Virus record (IMG/VR): IMGVR_UViG_3300028844_001770
Span: 2,514-66,513 of that record
Length of the DNA stretch: 64,000 nucleotides
From: a virus
Reading direction: 5' to 3' (one strand)
The notes under the pieces were generated by a model. That model ran no database searches. It had not been told where the DNA came from and saw only the letters and a program-made list of their open reading frames with translations. The first letter of the stretch is position 1. Each line of letters starts with the position of its first letter. Both the position numbers and the translations under genes were made by a program. Below are positions 30,006 to 38,641 of this stretch, piece after piece.

Positions 30006-30680
30006 TCGACCTATATAGTAGAGAATACCATTCTGTCGTTTAACTAGGTCACCAGTCGCAAACCAACCGTCATACACGCATATATCTCCACGGACGTGTA
30101 GTTCACTGTCTATTATCTTGGTTTCGCACCATTCCAGTGTTCCTACGATTGTTTGTTCGTCTTTTACTGATTCTATGTCTTCAATAGTTCTGAATACACG
30201 ATTGATTGCACACGGACCTATCTCACTCATACCCCAATTTGCCATAAATGTAGCACCACGATTAACAAAGGCTTCAATGATATTCCATTCAACTGGGTCA
30301 GAACCACAAGTAACCCAAATCCCAGTCAAATCTAAATCTTTAAATCCTTTAGTTCTCATAATAAGTTGTGCGTGTCCAGGAGTAATATGAGTATGTGTGT
30401 ATTTTTTAATCTCTCTACAAAAAGAAAAAGCATTAAAGGTTTCGATTGACACTTCTGCACCAATACGAAATGCTGGCAATGTTTGAGCCAGTAATCCACC
30501 TGCGTGAGTTGTTTTACAGATAGTATATACTTTACTCTTAGATGTTAGTCGTTGGGAAGCGATAGCAACTTCATCTGCCGCTTTTAACTTCTCAGGAGTT
30601 TGTATTATATCTTTTGGCGTTCCAGTTGTCCCACTGGTTTTTATTACACAACCCTCGTTAATTATTTTTCTTAAGTTCAT
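29997..30680 (-). CDS. Minimal AMP-binding (ANL adenylation) enzyme core
   Basis: TSGTTGTPK, WGMSEIG, ELHVRG, WFATGDL, IGRK; ends at the hinge. Confidence 0.85.
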   Translation of the reverse strand: MNLRKIINEGCVIKTSGTTGTPKDIIQTPEKLKAADEVAIASQRLTSKSKVYTICKTTHAGGLLAQTLPAFRIGAEVSIETFNAFSFCREIKKYTHTHITPGHAQLIMRTKGFKDLDLTGIWVTCGSDPVEWNIIEAFVNRGATFMANWGMSEIGPCAINRVFRTIEDIESVKDEQTIVGTLEWCETKIIDSELHVRGDICVYDGWFATGDLVKRQNGILYYIGRKT

Positions 30681-30939
30681 CTTTTAGTCTTTTCCAAGAT
30701 GGATGGTCTGGCAAATATTTGTGTAGTGAAATAGTTTGGTCAATCACAACATCAAGTAGTTTGAAGTCAAATAGCGGTGGAAATATTGCGTGTATTACAC
30801 TAGCAATTGCCATAAACAATTGTTTTCCAGCCTCTCTAAATCCAACATACATATGTTTGAAGTATAATTTTATACCGTTTTGGCGTTTTCTTTTAGCAAG
30901 TTCTTCTGTATTTCTAAGATGATTCCAATTAAACCACAT
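30658..30939 (-). CDS. Small hypothetical protein (DUF6356-like)
   Basis: HL......YFKHM...ASVIHAIFPPLF. Confidence 0.55.
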   Translation of the reverse strand: MWFNWNHLRNTEELAKRKRQNGIKLYFKHMYVGFREAGKQLFMAIASVIHAIFPPLFDFKLLDVVIDQTISLHKYLPDHPSWKRLKDELKKNN

Positions 30940-31483
30940 TTTGTTTATCTCCTGTTAACATCGCTCTACGATGGTTGTACTCGTCTATATTTAGTTTCCA
31001 CACAGATTGGTCTGTGTAGTATAATTCCATATCCTTATAATGTTCTACCATACCCACTTTAGCAAGACCCTTAAAAAGTCTGTGAGTTCTATTCATCTTT
31101 CCAGACGCATCATGTTCAATGTTGGTTGTAATATACAATTCATTAGTATTGCAGAATTCTATTTGGGCGGGCATTATTTCTCGCCAAGTTATAGCACTCA
31201 TATGATATTTGTTTAATCCAAATGATTTATTATATCCTGGCAATTGGGCACCACGAAACATTACTCGCCATGCTTTATCATTCACTTCTGGTAATGGATG
31301 ACATCCTGCGACTGATACTATTTTATCGTCTTCTATTGCACAAAAGTATTCACCATAATCTTTACACCATTCATACTTCATTGTTTTTAAACTAGAGTTA
31401 TTATTATATCCAAGGGATTCCGCTTCATCACAGAATATTTCTAACTTGGGCAATAACTCATTTGTAATTGGCACTACTTTCAT
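30929..31483 (-). CDS. GNAT-fold-like hypothetical protein
   Basis: YFCAIEDDKIVSVAGCH beta-hairpin, WRVMFRG, LYITTN. Confidence 0.5.
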   Translation of the reverse strand: MKVVPITNELLPKLEIFCDEAESLGYNNNSSLKTMKYEWCKDYGEYFCAIEDDKIVSVAGCHPLPEVNDKAWRVMFRGAQLPGYNKSFGLNKYHMSAITWREIMPAQIEFCNTNELYITTNIEHDASGKMNRTHRLFKGLAKVGMVEHYKDMELYYTDQSVWKLNIDEYNHRRAMLTGDKQNVV

Positions 31484-32508
31484 TTCGGCACCTTATAAAA
31501 TAACTTATTGTGACGGTGTTCAAATACATCATCAGAACACCAATAACCTTCTTTGTCTAATCCCATGTCCATATTAATGTATTTAGACATCATCAGTGGA
31601 GTTTTTATCCACAACTTACTATATCTATCCAATTTATATTCATACTGTTCATTACATTCGAGTTGTAATTTATGTTCAGTCTCTGGTTTTATTAAAAAAG
31701 TAAATGATGGAGTATGGGTTTCTGGATGTCCATATAAATTTCGTATAAGAGGCACACCCTTTTCAAATAACTTTTCAACAAGTTCGTCAGATATGATGTT
31801 ACTGTTTATACCCAATTCTCTCCAACATGACATATCTTTTATATTATCAATATCGGATATAATATCAGAAGAAATCATACCTATTGTTGGTTGGTATTCT
31901 GAGCATATAAAAGAGAAATTTGTAGATTCCATTATAATTGTAGAACCCTTAATCAATCCTGGAAAAGAATATAGATACAAATCACTAATAGTGGATTGTG
32001 ATAAAATAACGTCTTTTTCTGTTATATTATGTAATATTATACTATTAAGACAGGTAAGTAAGCAGGAACCACCCGTATGAGCGATGGCCTTCGGTTCTGG
32101 AGTACTTCTGTTTGTAAATAACAAAGTGTATGTCTTATCTATATCAGTTGAATAAACTAAGGCTTTATTGTGTGGTGATAGTTCAGATGCATCCTCTTCA
32201 CTCAATATAATGTGTTCGGGTGATACTTCTTCTATAATTGCCTCTACCTCTTCATCTGATAAGTCTGAAGGTATCGGTGCAAAAACTATTCCTAGTATAT
32301 CACAGGCAAGTGCCATTCTTATATAATGATATTCTTTTTCACTTGCAAACAAAATTGTTTCATCTGGTTGTATAGCAGTTGATAAGATGGCAGCCAGTTT
32401 TTCTACACTTTTTATAAGTTCAGAATAGGTATACTTCTTGTCTTTGCAGATAATAGCAGTCTTAGACCCATTATCTTTGGCCTGTATTTTAATTGGTTCG
32501 AATATCAT
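31480..32508 (-). CDS. Degenerate AMP-binding (ANL) enzyme homolog
   Basis: KTAII..DKKYTYSEL, eroded P-loop LLFTNRSTPEPKAI, NLYGHPET, GYWCSDD. Confidence 0.7.
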   Translation of the reverse strand: MIFEPIKIQAKDNGSKTAIICKDKKYTYSELIKSVEKLAAILSTAIQPDETILFASEKEYHYIRMALACDILGIVFAPIPSDLSDEEVEAIIEEVSPEHIILSEEDASELSPHNKALVYSTDIDKTYTLLFTNRSTPEPKAIAHTGGSCLLTCLNSIILHNITEKDVILSQSTISDLYLYSFPGLIKGSTIIMESTNFSFICSEYQPTIGMISSDIISDIDNIKDMSCWRELGINSNIISDELVEKLFEKGVPLIRNLYGHPETHTPSFTFLIKPETEHKLQLECNEQYEYKLDRYSKLWIKTPLMMSKYINMDMGLDKEGYWCSDDVFEHRHNKLFYKVPK

Positions 32509-32514
32509 ATTACC

Positions 32515-32543
32515 ATTCTACTACAAAAACAGAAGAAAGTCAA
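32515..32543 (-). promoter_or_regulatory. sigma70-type promoter (near-leaderless transcript)
   Basis: TTGACT-17 bp-TAGAAT immediately before ATG at 32508. Confidence 0.55.
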
Positions 32544-32555
32544 TAGTGGATATAG

Positions 32556-32585
32556 AAAAGGAGACTAACATTTCTGTTAGCCTCC
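32556..32585 (-). terminator. Rho-independent terminator
   Basis: GGAGGCTAACA-GAAA-TGTTAGTCTCC-TTTT. Confidence 0.8.
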
Positions 32586-32646
32586 CGTCTCCTGTAGTCT
32601 AGGATTACCTGATACCCTACGTATCCCGGCAGCCCCCTAGTGGGCT
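32586..32646 (-). ncRNA. Candidate structured RNA element downstream of MoxR gene
   Basis: GC-rich island with nested stems CTAGGG/TCCTAG, TGCC/GGTA, GATAC/GTATC. Confidence 0.35.
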
Positions 32647-32652
32647 ATTCTT

Positions 32653-33780
32653 TTAGGCGTTGTGGGCCTCGATGATAAGTTTACCATGCTTTTTGAAGAA
32701 GTCTTCAATACAAGGTACTTTACGAGGCTCTAATGGAAGTTTGTAAACTTTAAGAGCAGTTCGACCACCCAATACTGTCATTTCAGTATCAAAGTTATCC
32801 ATCATAAACTTGAAGAAGTTGTTAGCCATAGCATATAACTCATCCATCTTATCTTTACCGTTACGGTCTACAAAGTCTTTCAACTCATAACATAGTGAAG
32901 TTGTTAACGAGAACATCGCTGAAATCTCACGTGCTTCTGATGAAAGCGTTGTAACTGTACCATCTAAGATATCAGAAGGAACAGGTAACTTACTTGACAA
33001 GGCTCTGTGAGCCATAAACTTAGTAGCAACACCATCGCCAACTGTACCAGCAATCAAATCATGTAAACGACTTTGTGAAATTTCTTCACCTTCTTGTGGT
33101 AACATTTCAGAAACGAAAGTCCATGAACGAGGAGTAGCAAAGGCTCGGCTCGCCTGACGTGGGTCAAAGTTGAATAAGTCCATCTTGTTAGACGTTAAGA
33201 AACCGACAACATCAGCATTGATTTTATTCTCTAATGCCCAAGTCTGCCAATCTTCGAAGTCAACGCCCATTTCTAAGTGAACAAATCTGTTAGCAAGTGG
33301 TGAAGGCATTCTATAAGCAACACCTCGGTCACTTTCACGGTTACCAGCCGCAACGATTAATACGTTATCTGGTAGCACATAAGAACCTAAACGACGGTTT
33401 AGAATTAACTGATAAGCCGCGGCTTGAACTGATTGTGGTGCTTGGTTCATTTCATCTAAGAAAAGAACAACACTTTCGTATTGGTCAGCAAGTTCTTGGC
33501 TAGGCAAATCTGAAGGTGTGGCCCATTCCATAGTGCCATTCTTCTCGTTGAAGTATGGAATACCTCGTAAATCTGTTGGCTCCATAAGAGCAAGACGTAG
33601 GTCAATCATAAACCCAGAACGTTCTTGGGTAATACTATCTACAATCTCTGATTTACCAACACCAGGAGGTCCCCAAATAAACACAGGACGCTTTCGGTTC
33701 ATAGCATAGTTGATTTCAGCCCTAACATCACTAGGACGAACAACTCTCACATCTAAATCGTTTGTTGATATTTTATTCAT
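32653..33780 (-). CDS. MoxR-like AAA+ ATPase
   Basis: WGPPGVGKS, EPTDLRGIP, LFLDEMN, AAGNR, LANRF, TPRSW. Confidence 0.93.
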   Translation of the reverse strand: MNKISTNDLDVRVVRPSDVRAEINYAMNRKRPVFIWGPPGVGKSEIVDSITQERSGFMIDLRLALMEPTDLRGIPYFNEKNGTMEWATPSDLPSQELADQYESVVLFLDEMNQAPQSVQAAAYQLILNRRLGSYVLPDNVLIVAAGNRESDRGVAYRMPSPLANRFVHLEMGVDFEDWQTWALENKINADVVGFLTSNKMDLFNFDPRQASRAFATPRSWTFVSEMLPQEGEEISQSRLHDLIAGTVGDGVATKFMAHRALSSKLPVPSDILDGTVTTLSSEAREISAMFSLTTSLCYELKDFVDRNGKDKMDELYAMANNFFKFMMDNFDTEMTVLGGRTALKVYKLPLEPRKVPCIEDFFKKHGKLIIEAHNA

Positions 33781-33809
33781 AACTTAACCTCTCTATTTAA
33801 TATACTATT

Positions 33810-33842
33810 ATTGTAACACTGATTCTGGATTTGTCAAGTTTT
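33810..33842 (-). promoter_or_regulatory. Early promoter AAAACTTGACA-N16-TACAAT with GAATC in spacer
   Basis: Direct motif match. Confidence 0.75.
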
Positions 33843-33846
33843 TCAC

Positions 33847-34098
33847 TTATTGACCCAAATAATCACGTTTCAGAACTTCTAATTTCTCACCTGCATCATT
33901 CAGAAGGAAATCTTCTACTGTCTTATTAAAGACACTCATGTATTCATCGCCAAAAAGAACATCCCAACCAGAAAGACATAGGTCAGCATCAACGAAACTC
34001 CAGTTAATTTGACCATCTGATAACTTATTATCAGTATCATCTACTGCTTTATTGAATGCTTCTATAAACTTAGGGAATTTTTTGAATTTCACTGACAT
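33847..34098 (-). CDS. Hypothetical protein
   Basis: AGAGG RBS, own promoter; INWSFVDAD motif. Confidence 0.75.
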   Translation of the reverse strand: MSVKFKKFPKFIEAFNKAVDDTDNKLSDGQINWSFVDADLCLSGWDVLFGDEYMSVFNKTVEDFLLNDAGEKLEVLKRDYLGQ

Positions 34099-34130
34099 TT
34101 GTTATCCTCTTTTCGATTATCTATACTTAC

Positions 34131-34163
34131 AGTATACATCGATTCGCGGTTTTGTCAAGTTTT
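34131..34163 (-). promoter_or_regulatory. Early promoter AAAACTTGACA-N16-TATACT with CGAATCG in spacer
   Basis: Direct motif match; -35 contains stop codon of 34155..34553. Confidence 0.75.
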
Positions 34164-34553
34164 TGAGGTATTATAAAATGTTTTATTTTGAACCCAGAGT
34201 TCGATATCTCCGTCAATCATCAATAATTCTGCGGCAGCCACTTCTTCAAATAGAACTAGTACTGTTTTTCTTAGATAATATGGAGTTTTTAGATACTTAT
34301 CAAGTGTGAGTATTTGATTGCCAGTTCCTATTGCATTTTTTCTATATTGATGCATAGTGCCTGAATTTAACTTCAGTTCTATCTTATATGTTTTAAAATG
34401 CTTTTTGAGAATGTCTCGACCAAGTGCTGATACTCTAAATCCTGTATCTGGTCTGGCACTGATGAAGATATCACTCATAGTGATTTCTTTTCTGCCTGCT
34501 GTTTTTCCAGTTGTGTGTTTGTTAATATAGTGTATTAACTTTACCTTGTCCAC
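34155..34553 (-). CDS. Hypothetical protein
   Basis: GTG start 2 nt after upstream stop; operon context. Confidence 0.7.
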   Translation of the reverse strand: MDKVKLIHYINKHTTGKTAGRKEITMSDIFISARPDTGFRVSALGRDILKKHFKTYKIELKLNSGTMHQYRKNAIGTGNQILTLDKYLKTPYYLRKTVLVLFEEVAAAELLMIDGDIELWVQNKTFYNTSKT

Positions 34554-34555
34554 GA

Positions 34556-34843
34556 TTACAACTCTAGTTTGTCGCCCTTTGTAAGAACATACACTTCAAA
34601 ATCATCACATCTAAACAACTTGTTTAATCTTTGTGCTAAGTTTATTGCATGTCCTGGATTACTGAATGACACTTTTTTATATTTTGGACCAGGAAAATTA
34701 ACCAATGAATTGAGACTACGTAGATTTATCGCTACCCCTTTGTAAAAAACGGAGTATACGGCTGTGGCTTTGAGTACTTGCTCACTTCTATATGTTTGAT
34801 TATCTGTGTGTTCTAAGATTATCGTGGGTTTAGGTCTAGCCAT
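34556..34843 (-). CDS. Phage hypothetical protein
   Basis: GAGG RBS and GATAAATA upstream; PGPKYKKVSFSNPGHA motif. Confidence 0.75.
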   Translation of the reverse strand: MARPKPTIILEHTDNQTYRSEQVLKATAVYSVFYKGVAINLRSLNSLVNFPGPKYKKVSFSNPGHAINLAQRLNKLFRCDDFEVYVLTKGDKLEL

Positions 34844-34915
34844 AAGAGTATCCTCATTGTTGGTTATACTCTTATTTATCTAAATTTATGTATTATATGC
34901 TGATTTAATGGGTGA

Positions 34916-35662
34916 TTATTCATAATTAAACGGCTGTTTTCTTAACACCAGACCAGCATCTTCTAAAGATTTTGGAGTGGTAAAATTTTTATTCGATTCT
35001 TTCTCAATAGCATTATTAATATCAAATCCATTTTCAAAATAATTCTTAATATGTTCTGCTAATTCTATATTTTGTTGTGAACTACAGTGGCATACTCTTC
35101 CAAGTTCACCAGATTCTAAATATGTATCACCCCAAAATTTACCTTTTGGTGATGTAAACCAAGGAGCCATAGGACTATTCAATCCTAAAGTGCCAATATT
35201 AGATAAGTGGTGGGCATCTAATATCAATGTATTTTTATGTGAATGTAAAACATCTTTGCCTATTGCTCTTTTCAGGAAATTCCATGTGTCAGGATATATC
35301 GCAGATATATATTCTTGGTATTCTAATACACGAATATCTTCTTTGTTTAGTTTTCTTCCAAGTAGATTATTATTCCAAATGGATTGCTTCTTACCACCTT
35401 GAAAATGTATTGATTTTTGTTCTGCGTTATTAATAAGAAGTTGTCTAGTTGGAAAGGTAATAATAAAGATAACCTTTGAATATTTACTTAAATCTTGCTC
35501 ACAGAATTTTTGATAACTATATGAAATAGATGTTGAGCATTGGCAAAAGTTTTCTATTTCTTCATCATACATCCTACCTAAAATAGATGGCCAGCCTTCT
35601 AAATACCCACCGGCTGTAGTATTAACTTCTTCACCATAACTGTCACCAAATATGCCAATCAT
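34916..35662 (-). CDS. SGNH/GDSL-hydrolase-like protein
   Basis: N-terminal IGIFGDSY, WP..L, late His (VCHCS). Confidence 0.55.
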   Translation of the reverse strand: MIGIFGDSYGEEVNTTAGGYLEGWPSILGRMYDEEIENFCQCSTSISYSYQKFCEQDLSKYSKVIFIITFPTRQLLINNAEQKSIHFQGGKKQSIWNNNLLGRKLNKEDIRVLEYQEYISAIYPDTWNFLKRAIGKDVLHSHKNTLILDAHHLSNIGTLGLNSPMAPWFTSPKGKFWGDTYLESGELGRVCHCSSQQNIELAEHIKNYFENGFDINNAIEKESNKNFTTPKSLEDAGLVLRKQPFNYE

Positions 35663-35847
35663 TTTTTAAATGTTCCACCATCTATAATTGTAGGACCATT
35701 ATTATCTTTTTTTAATTCTAACAACAATAAAGTAATTTCATGTTGAATAGCCTGTGCTTCTTTTATTGGCAATGAAACTCTATGGTCGCCTTTTATGTTA
35801 GCACGATTAATTGTTGCAATTAAGTTTTTTAAGTTTTTATAGTCCAT
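35659..35847 (-). CDS. Small hypothetical protein
   Basis: Overlapping start/stop coupling; C-terminal IDGGTF. Confidence 0.65.
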   Translation of the reverse strand: MDYKNLKNLIATINRANIKGDHRVSLPIKEAQAIQHEITLLLLELKKDNNGPTIIDGGTFKK

Positions 35848-36376
35848 CTCGTTTATTCGCCAATAGTGTTTCGGATTGCATTTCTGATTTAGTTTTATAT
35901 GGTCCTATAAAATCACAATCTTTTAATGTATCTAGTTTACCACCATAAAACCATCGCCAGTCACTTGGAAATCTTACTCCATAATATCCAGCAACATATC
36001 TTACTTTACTTGTTTCAGTTTTAGTATATGTTGGAATTTGTTTTCCTTTTAAGTCTATTGTTTCTACATTATGTACTATGTGTTTGGAAGCATAACCATC
36101 GATTTCAGTCATAGAAGTATTCCATCCACCTCGAGGTCCAACTTTGTTTTCTTCAACAACTTCAGGACTTTCTTTTGCTTCTAGTATCTTCTCACCAAAA
36201 CATTGTGTGAGTTCTGAACGTGTAACGTGTTCGTTATTGATTCCAGAAGATATATCTGTATCTTTTACATTAACTACAAAATCATCAGATGAACAGAAAC
36301 GTATTGTTCCTATTTTAATACCTGAGTTTTCTAAAATCCAAAACTTATCTTTGACTATTTCTTTCGTATATATCAT
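35837..36376 (-). CDS. Hypothetical protein
   Basis: ATGA coupling; YVAGYYG and FIGPYKT motifs. Confidence 0.7.
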   Translation of the reverse strand: MIYTKEIVKDKFWILENSGIKIGTIRFCSSDDFVVNVKDTDISSGINNEHVTRSELTQCFGEKILEAKESPEVVEENKVGPRGGWNTSMTEIDGYASKHIVHNVETIDLKGKQIPTYTKTETSKVRYVAGYYGVRFPSDWRWFYGGKLDTLKDCDFIGPYKTKSEMQSETLLANKRDGL

Positions 36377-37092
36377 TTAAATCTTTTTAGTATCTTCCAA
36401 GTTTCTTTCCAATTCTTTACATTGTGACATTCGGTATATTCGTACGGACCATATTCGATTACTTGTGCGATACCATAGTCATTGCCACCTGGTTGTATAT
36501 TATCACCAAAGAATATCAAACTATCTTGGAATGTAAAATCTTTTAATATCTGTGCTTTATCTTTGCCTACTTCAATGATGTCTAATCCTGTTTCGCCTGC
36601 AACTTGTGATACTAATCCAAACTTCTTAGTAAACTTCTTATTAAATTCATCAGAAATAAGTTGTCTTTCATTAGTTAAATTATCAAACTTAACATACTTC
36701 TTTCGTTGTGCTTTATTGGCATTTCTGCCAACAATACTAAAGTTTAATAATCCAGGTCTTGCATCAAAATGAAATCCTGTAGCAATATCAAAATCACTAC
36801 TAATTGATTTCTTTAGTAAGAATGCGTGTACATCACGTGGTAGTTCTAAGTTCTTTGAATTCATCACACATATACCATTTTTGTACTTTGTGTTGCCAGA
36901 TGAATTGTATACACATTCTACCTTTTCAAATACTTCTTTCCCTACTTGTTCTTCTGTTTTACTTCTATCACTTCCTGTAACCAAATAAACATTGTTCCAT
37001 TTAACAAAATCTAGGAACCAAAGCCTAAAGTCTTCGTCTATTCTATCTCTACTTGGAGTGAGAGTACCGTCTACGTCAAATATATAATGCAT
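36373..37092 (-). CDS. HAD-IIB phosphomannomutase (eukaryote-type PMM-like)
   Basis: FDVDGTLTPSR, VTGSD, LNFSIVGRNA, FFGD...GGNDY. Confidence 0.85.
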   Translation of the reverse strand: MHYIFDVDGTLTPSRDRIDEDFRLWFLDFVKWNNVYLVTGSDRSKTEEQVGKEVFEKVECVYNSSGNTKYKNGICVMNSKNLELPRDVHAFLLKKSISSDFDIATGFHFDARPGLLNFSIVGRNANKAQRKKYVKFDNLTNERQLISDEFNKKFTKKFGLVSQVAGETGLDIIEVGKDKAQILKDFTFQDSLIFFGDNIQPGGNDYGIAQVIEYGPYEYTECHNVKNWKETWKILKRFK

Positions 37093-38090
37093 TATGTAGG
37101 ATACGGATTGTTAAGTATTTTAGCAAGTTCGTCAGGTGACTTAGCAAGATTTTGTAAATCGTGTATGCCACAGAACTTTAAGAAGTTCATACCGACACCA
37201 GCATTAGTCTTAGGAATACTATTCTCTGCAATAGTTTCAATAAACTTTACTTTAAGTTCGTGTGGTTGGGCAGTTAAGTCTACTAGTTTAACATTGCGTT
37301 CATAATCATCACGCACAGTATGTTCTTCACCATTGTGGTCAGTCCAACGTTGTAACATAAAGTTATTCCAATTGAAACCACCGGCATCTTTATCTGCAAA
37401 TGCTTCCATCATACCAATTTTATTCTTGGTACCTTTCTTACGACAACCAGGATATGCACTAAAGATATTATCTGATGTATCACCACGAATACATTTCTCA
37501 AACAATGCCCACTCTGGGTCTACTTTCTCTTTGATTTCACCAGTCTTCTTCTCTTTGATAGGGGTCATATTCTTATCATCTTTAAAGAAACCATCTTTAG
37601 TAATGATACGATTTTGTACACCATCATACATAGTTACATTGTCAGTAATAAGTTGAAAGTAATCACTATCGCTTGATACGATAATATGATTATCATTTGG
37701 ATGTGCTTCAATAAACAAAGCAATCATATCGTCTGCTTCTGCTTCTGGATTTTGTAACATAGTTACATTAGTTTTTGTATCTAAAAACTCTACCATGTCT
37801 GCATAGGCATCGAACATGATTTGGTCTTCTTCTTGTTCTCTAACACTCTTAGCCATTTGAGCAACTTTTCTATTCTTCTTATATGGCTCATAGAAGTCTT
37901 TACGCCAACTGCGACCTTCTAGGCAGAACACGGCATGGTCTGCATTGAATTTGTTATAACATAGTTTCACACTACTAAGCATAATATGATATGCCATACC
38001 GATTTTCATATCAATATTAGCACCACGCATCGCTACGTGTTTTGCTCTATGATACATATTAAATGAATCAACTAAGATGTATGTACTCAT
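37092..38090 (-). CDS. rnh: T4-type RNase H / 5'-3' exonuclease
   Basis: ILVDSFN, SWRKDFY..YK, EADDMI, SSDSDYFQL, RGDTSDNI. Confidence 0.9.
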   Translation of the reverse strand: MSTYILVDSFNMYHRAKHVAMRGANIDMKIGMAYHIMLSSVKLCYNKFNADHAVFCLEGRSWRKDFYEPYKKNRKVAQMAKSVREQEEDQIMFDAYADMVEFLDTKTNVTMLQNPEAEADDMIALFIEAHPNDNHIIVSSDSDYFQLITDNVTMYDGVQNRIITKDGFFKDDKNMTPIKEKKTGEIKEKVDPEWALFEKCIRGDTSDNIFSAYPGCRKKGTKNKIGMMEAFADKDAGGFNWNNFMLQRWTDHNGEEHTVRDDYERNVKLVDLTAQPHELKVKFIETIAENSIPKTNAGVGMNFLKFCGIHDLQNLAKSPDELAKILNNPYPT

Positions 38091-38122
38091 GTATTCCTCA
38101 CTACTGTATTTAAGTTAATACT

Positions 38123-38151
38123 ATTATAACATGAAAATGTTGTTGGGTCAA
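38123..38151 (-). promoter_or_regulatory. sigma70-type promoter
   Basis: TTGACC-17 bp-TATAAT. Confidence 0.65.
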
Positions 38152-38154
38152 GTT

Positions 38155-38622
38155 TTAAGAATACTCTGAGGTATCTTTATCAGTTTTGACTTTGCTGATG
38201 ATTAGACCCTCTTTGCTATCTGTTTGAAAACTTCTTCTAATACCTTCTTCGTCTTCTAAATCATTCAGTACAATGTTCTTACACAAGTCACTGAACCAAT
38301 TATCTACGATTTGGTCTGGCTCTAGCCCATCATATCCAGCCTTCGCTAAGTATTCTACAAAGTTTTCATTAAAATCTAACTCAAAGAAACCTTGTCCTGG
38401 TTTGTTTTCATCTAATTCCATACCAACAACTCGAACATATTCTTCACCCTTATGTGTAGCCATGTTCTTATCATAGGTATGTTGGTCTGTGTGTCCATAC
38501 TTAAAATTGATTTTTTCAAGTGCAATTGCTTGTTCTTTTTCGTCAACAATTCGTCTAGCAATCGCTCTTTCTTTTTCTTCTGGTGTGCCAAACCAAGTAG
38601 CCGGATTAAGTGTTTTACTCAT
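38155..38622 (-). CDS. Hypothetical protein
   Basis: AGGAG RBS; GFFELDFN..FV..L...GY motif. Confidence 0.75.
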   Translation of the reverse strand: MSKTLNPATWFGTPEEKERAIARRIVDEKEQAIALEKINFKYGHTDQHTYDKNMATHKGEEYVRVVGMELDENKPGQGFFELDFNENFVEYLAKAGYDGLEPDQIVDNWFSDLCKNIVLNDLEDEEGIRRSFQTDSKEGLIISKVKTDKDTSEYS

Positions 38623-38641
38623 AAGTTCTCCTTTTCAATTG

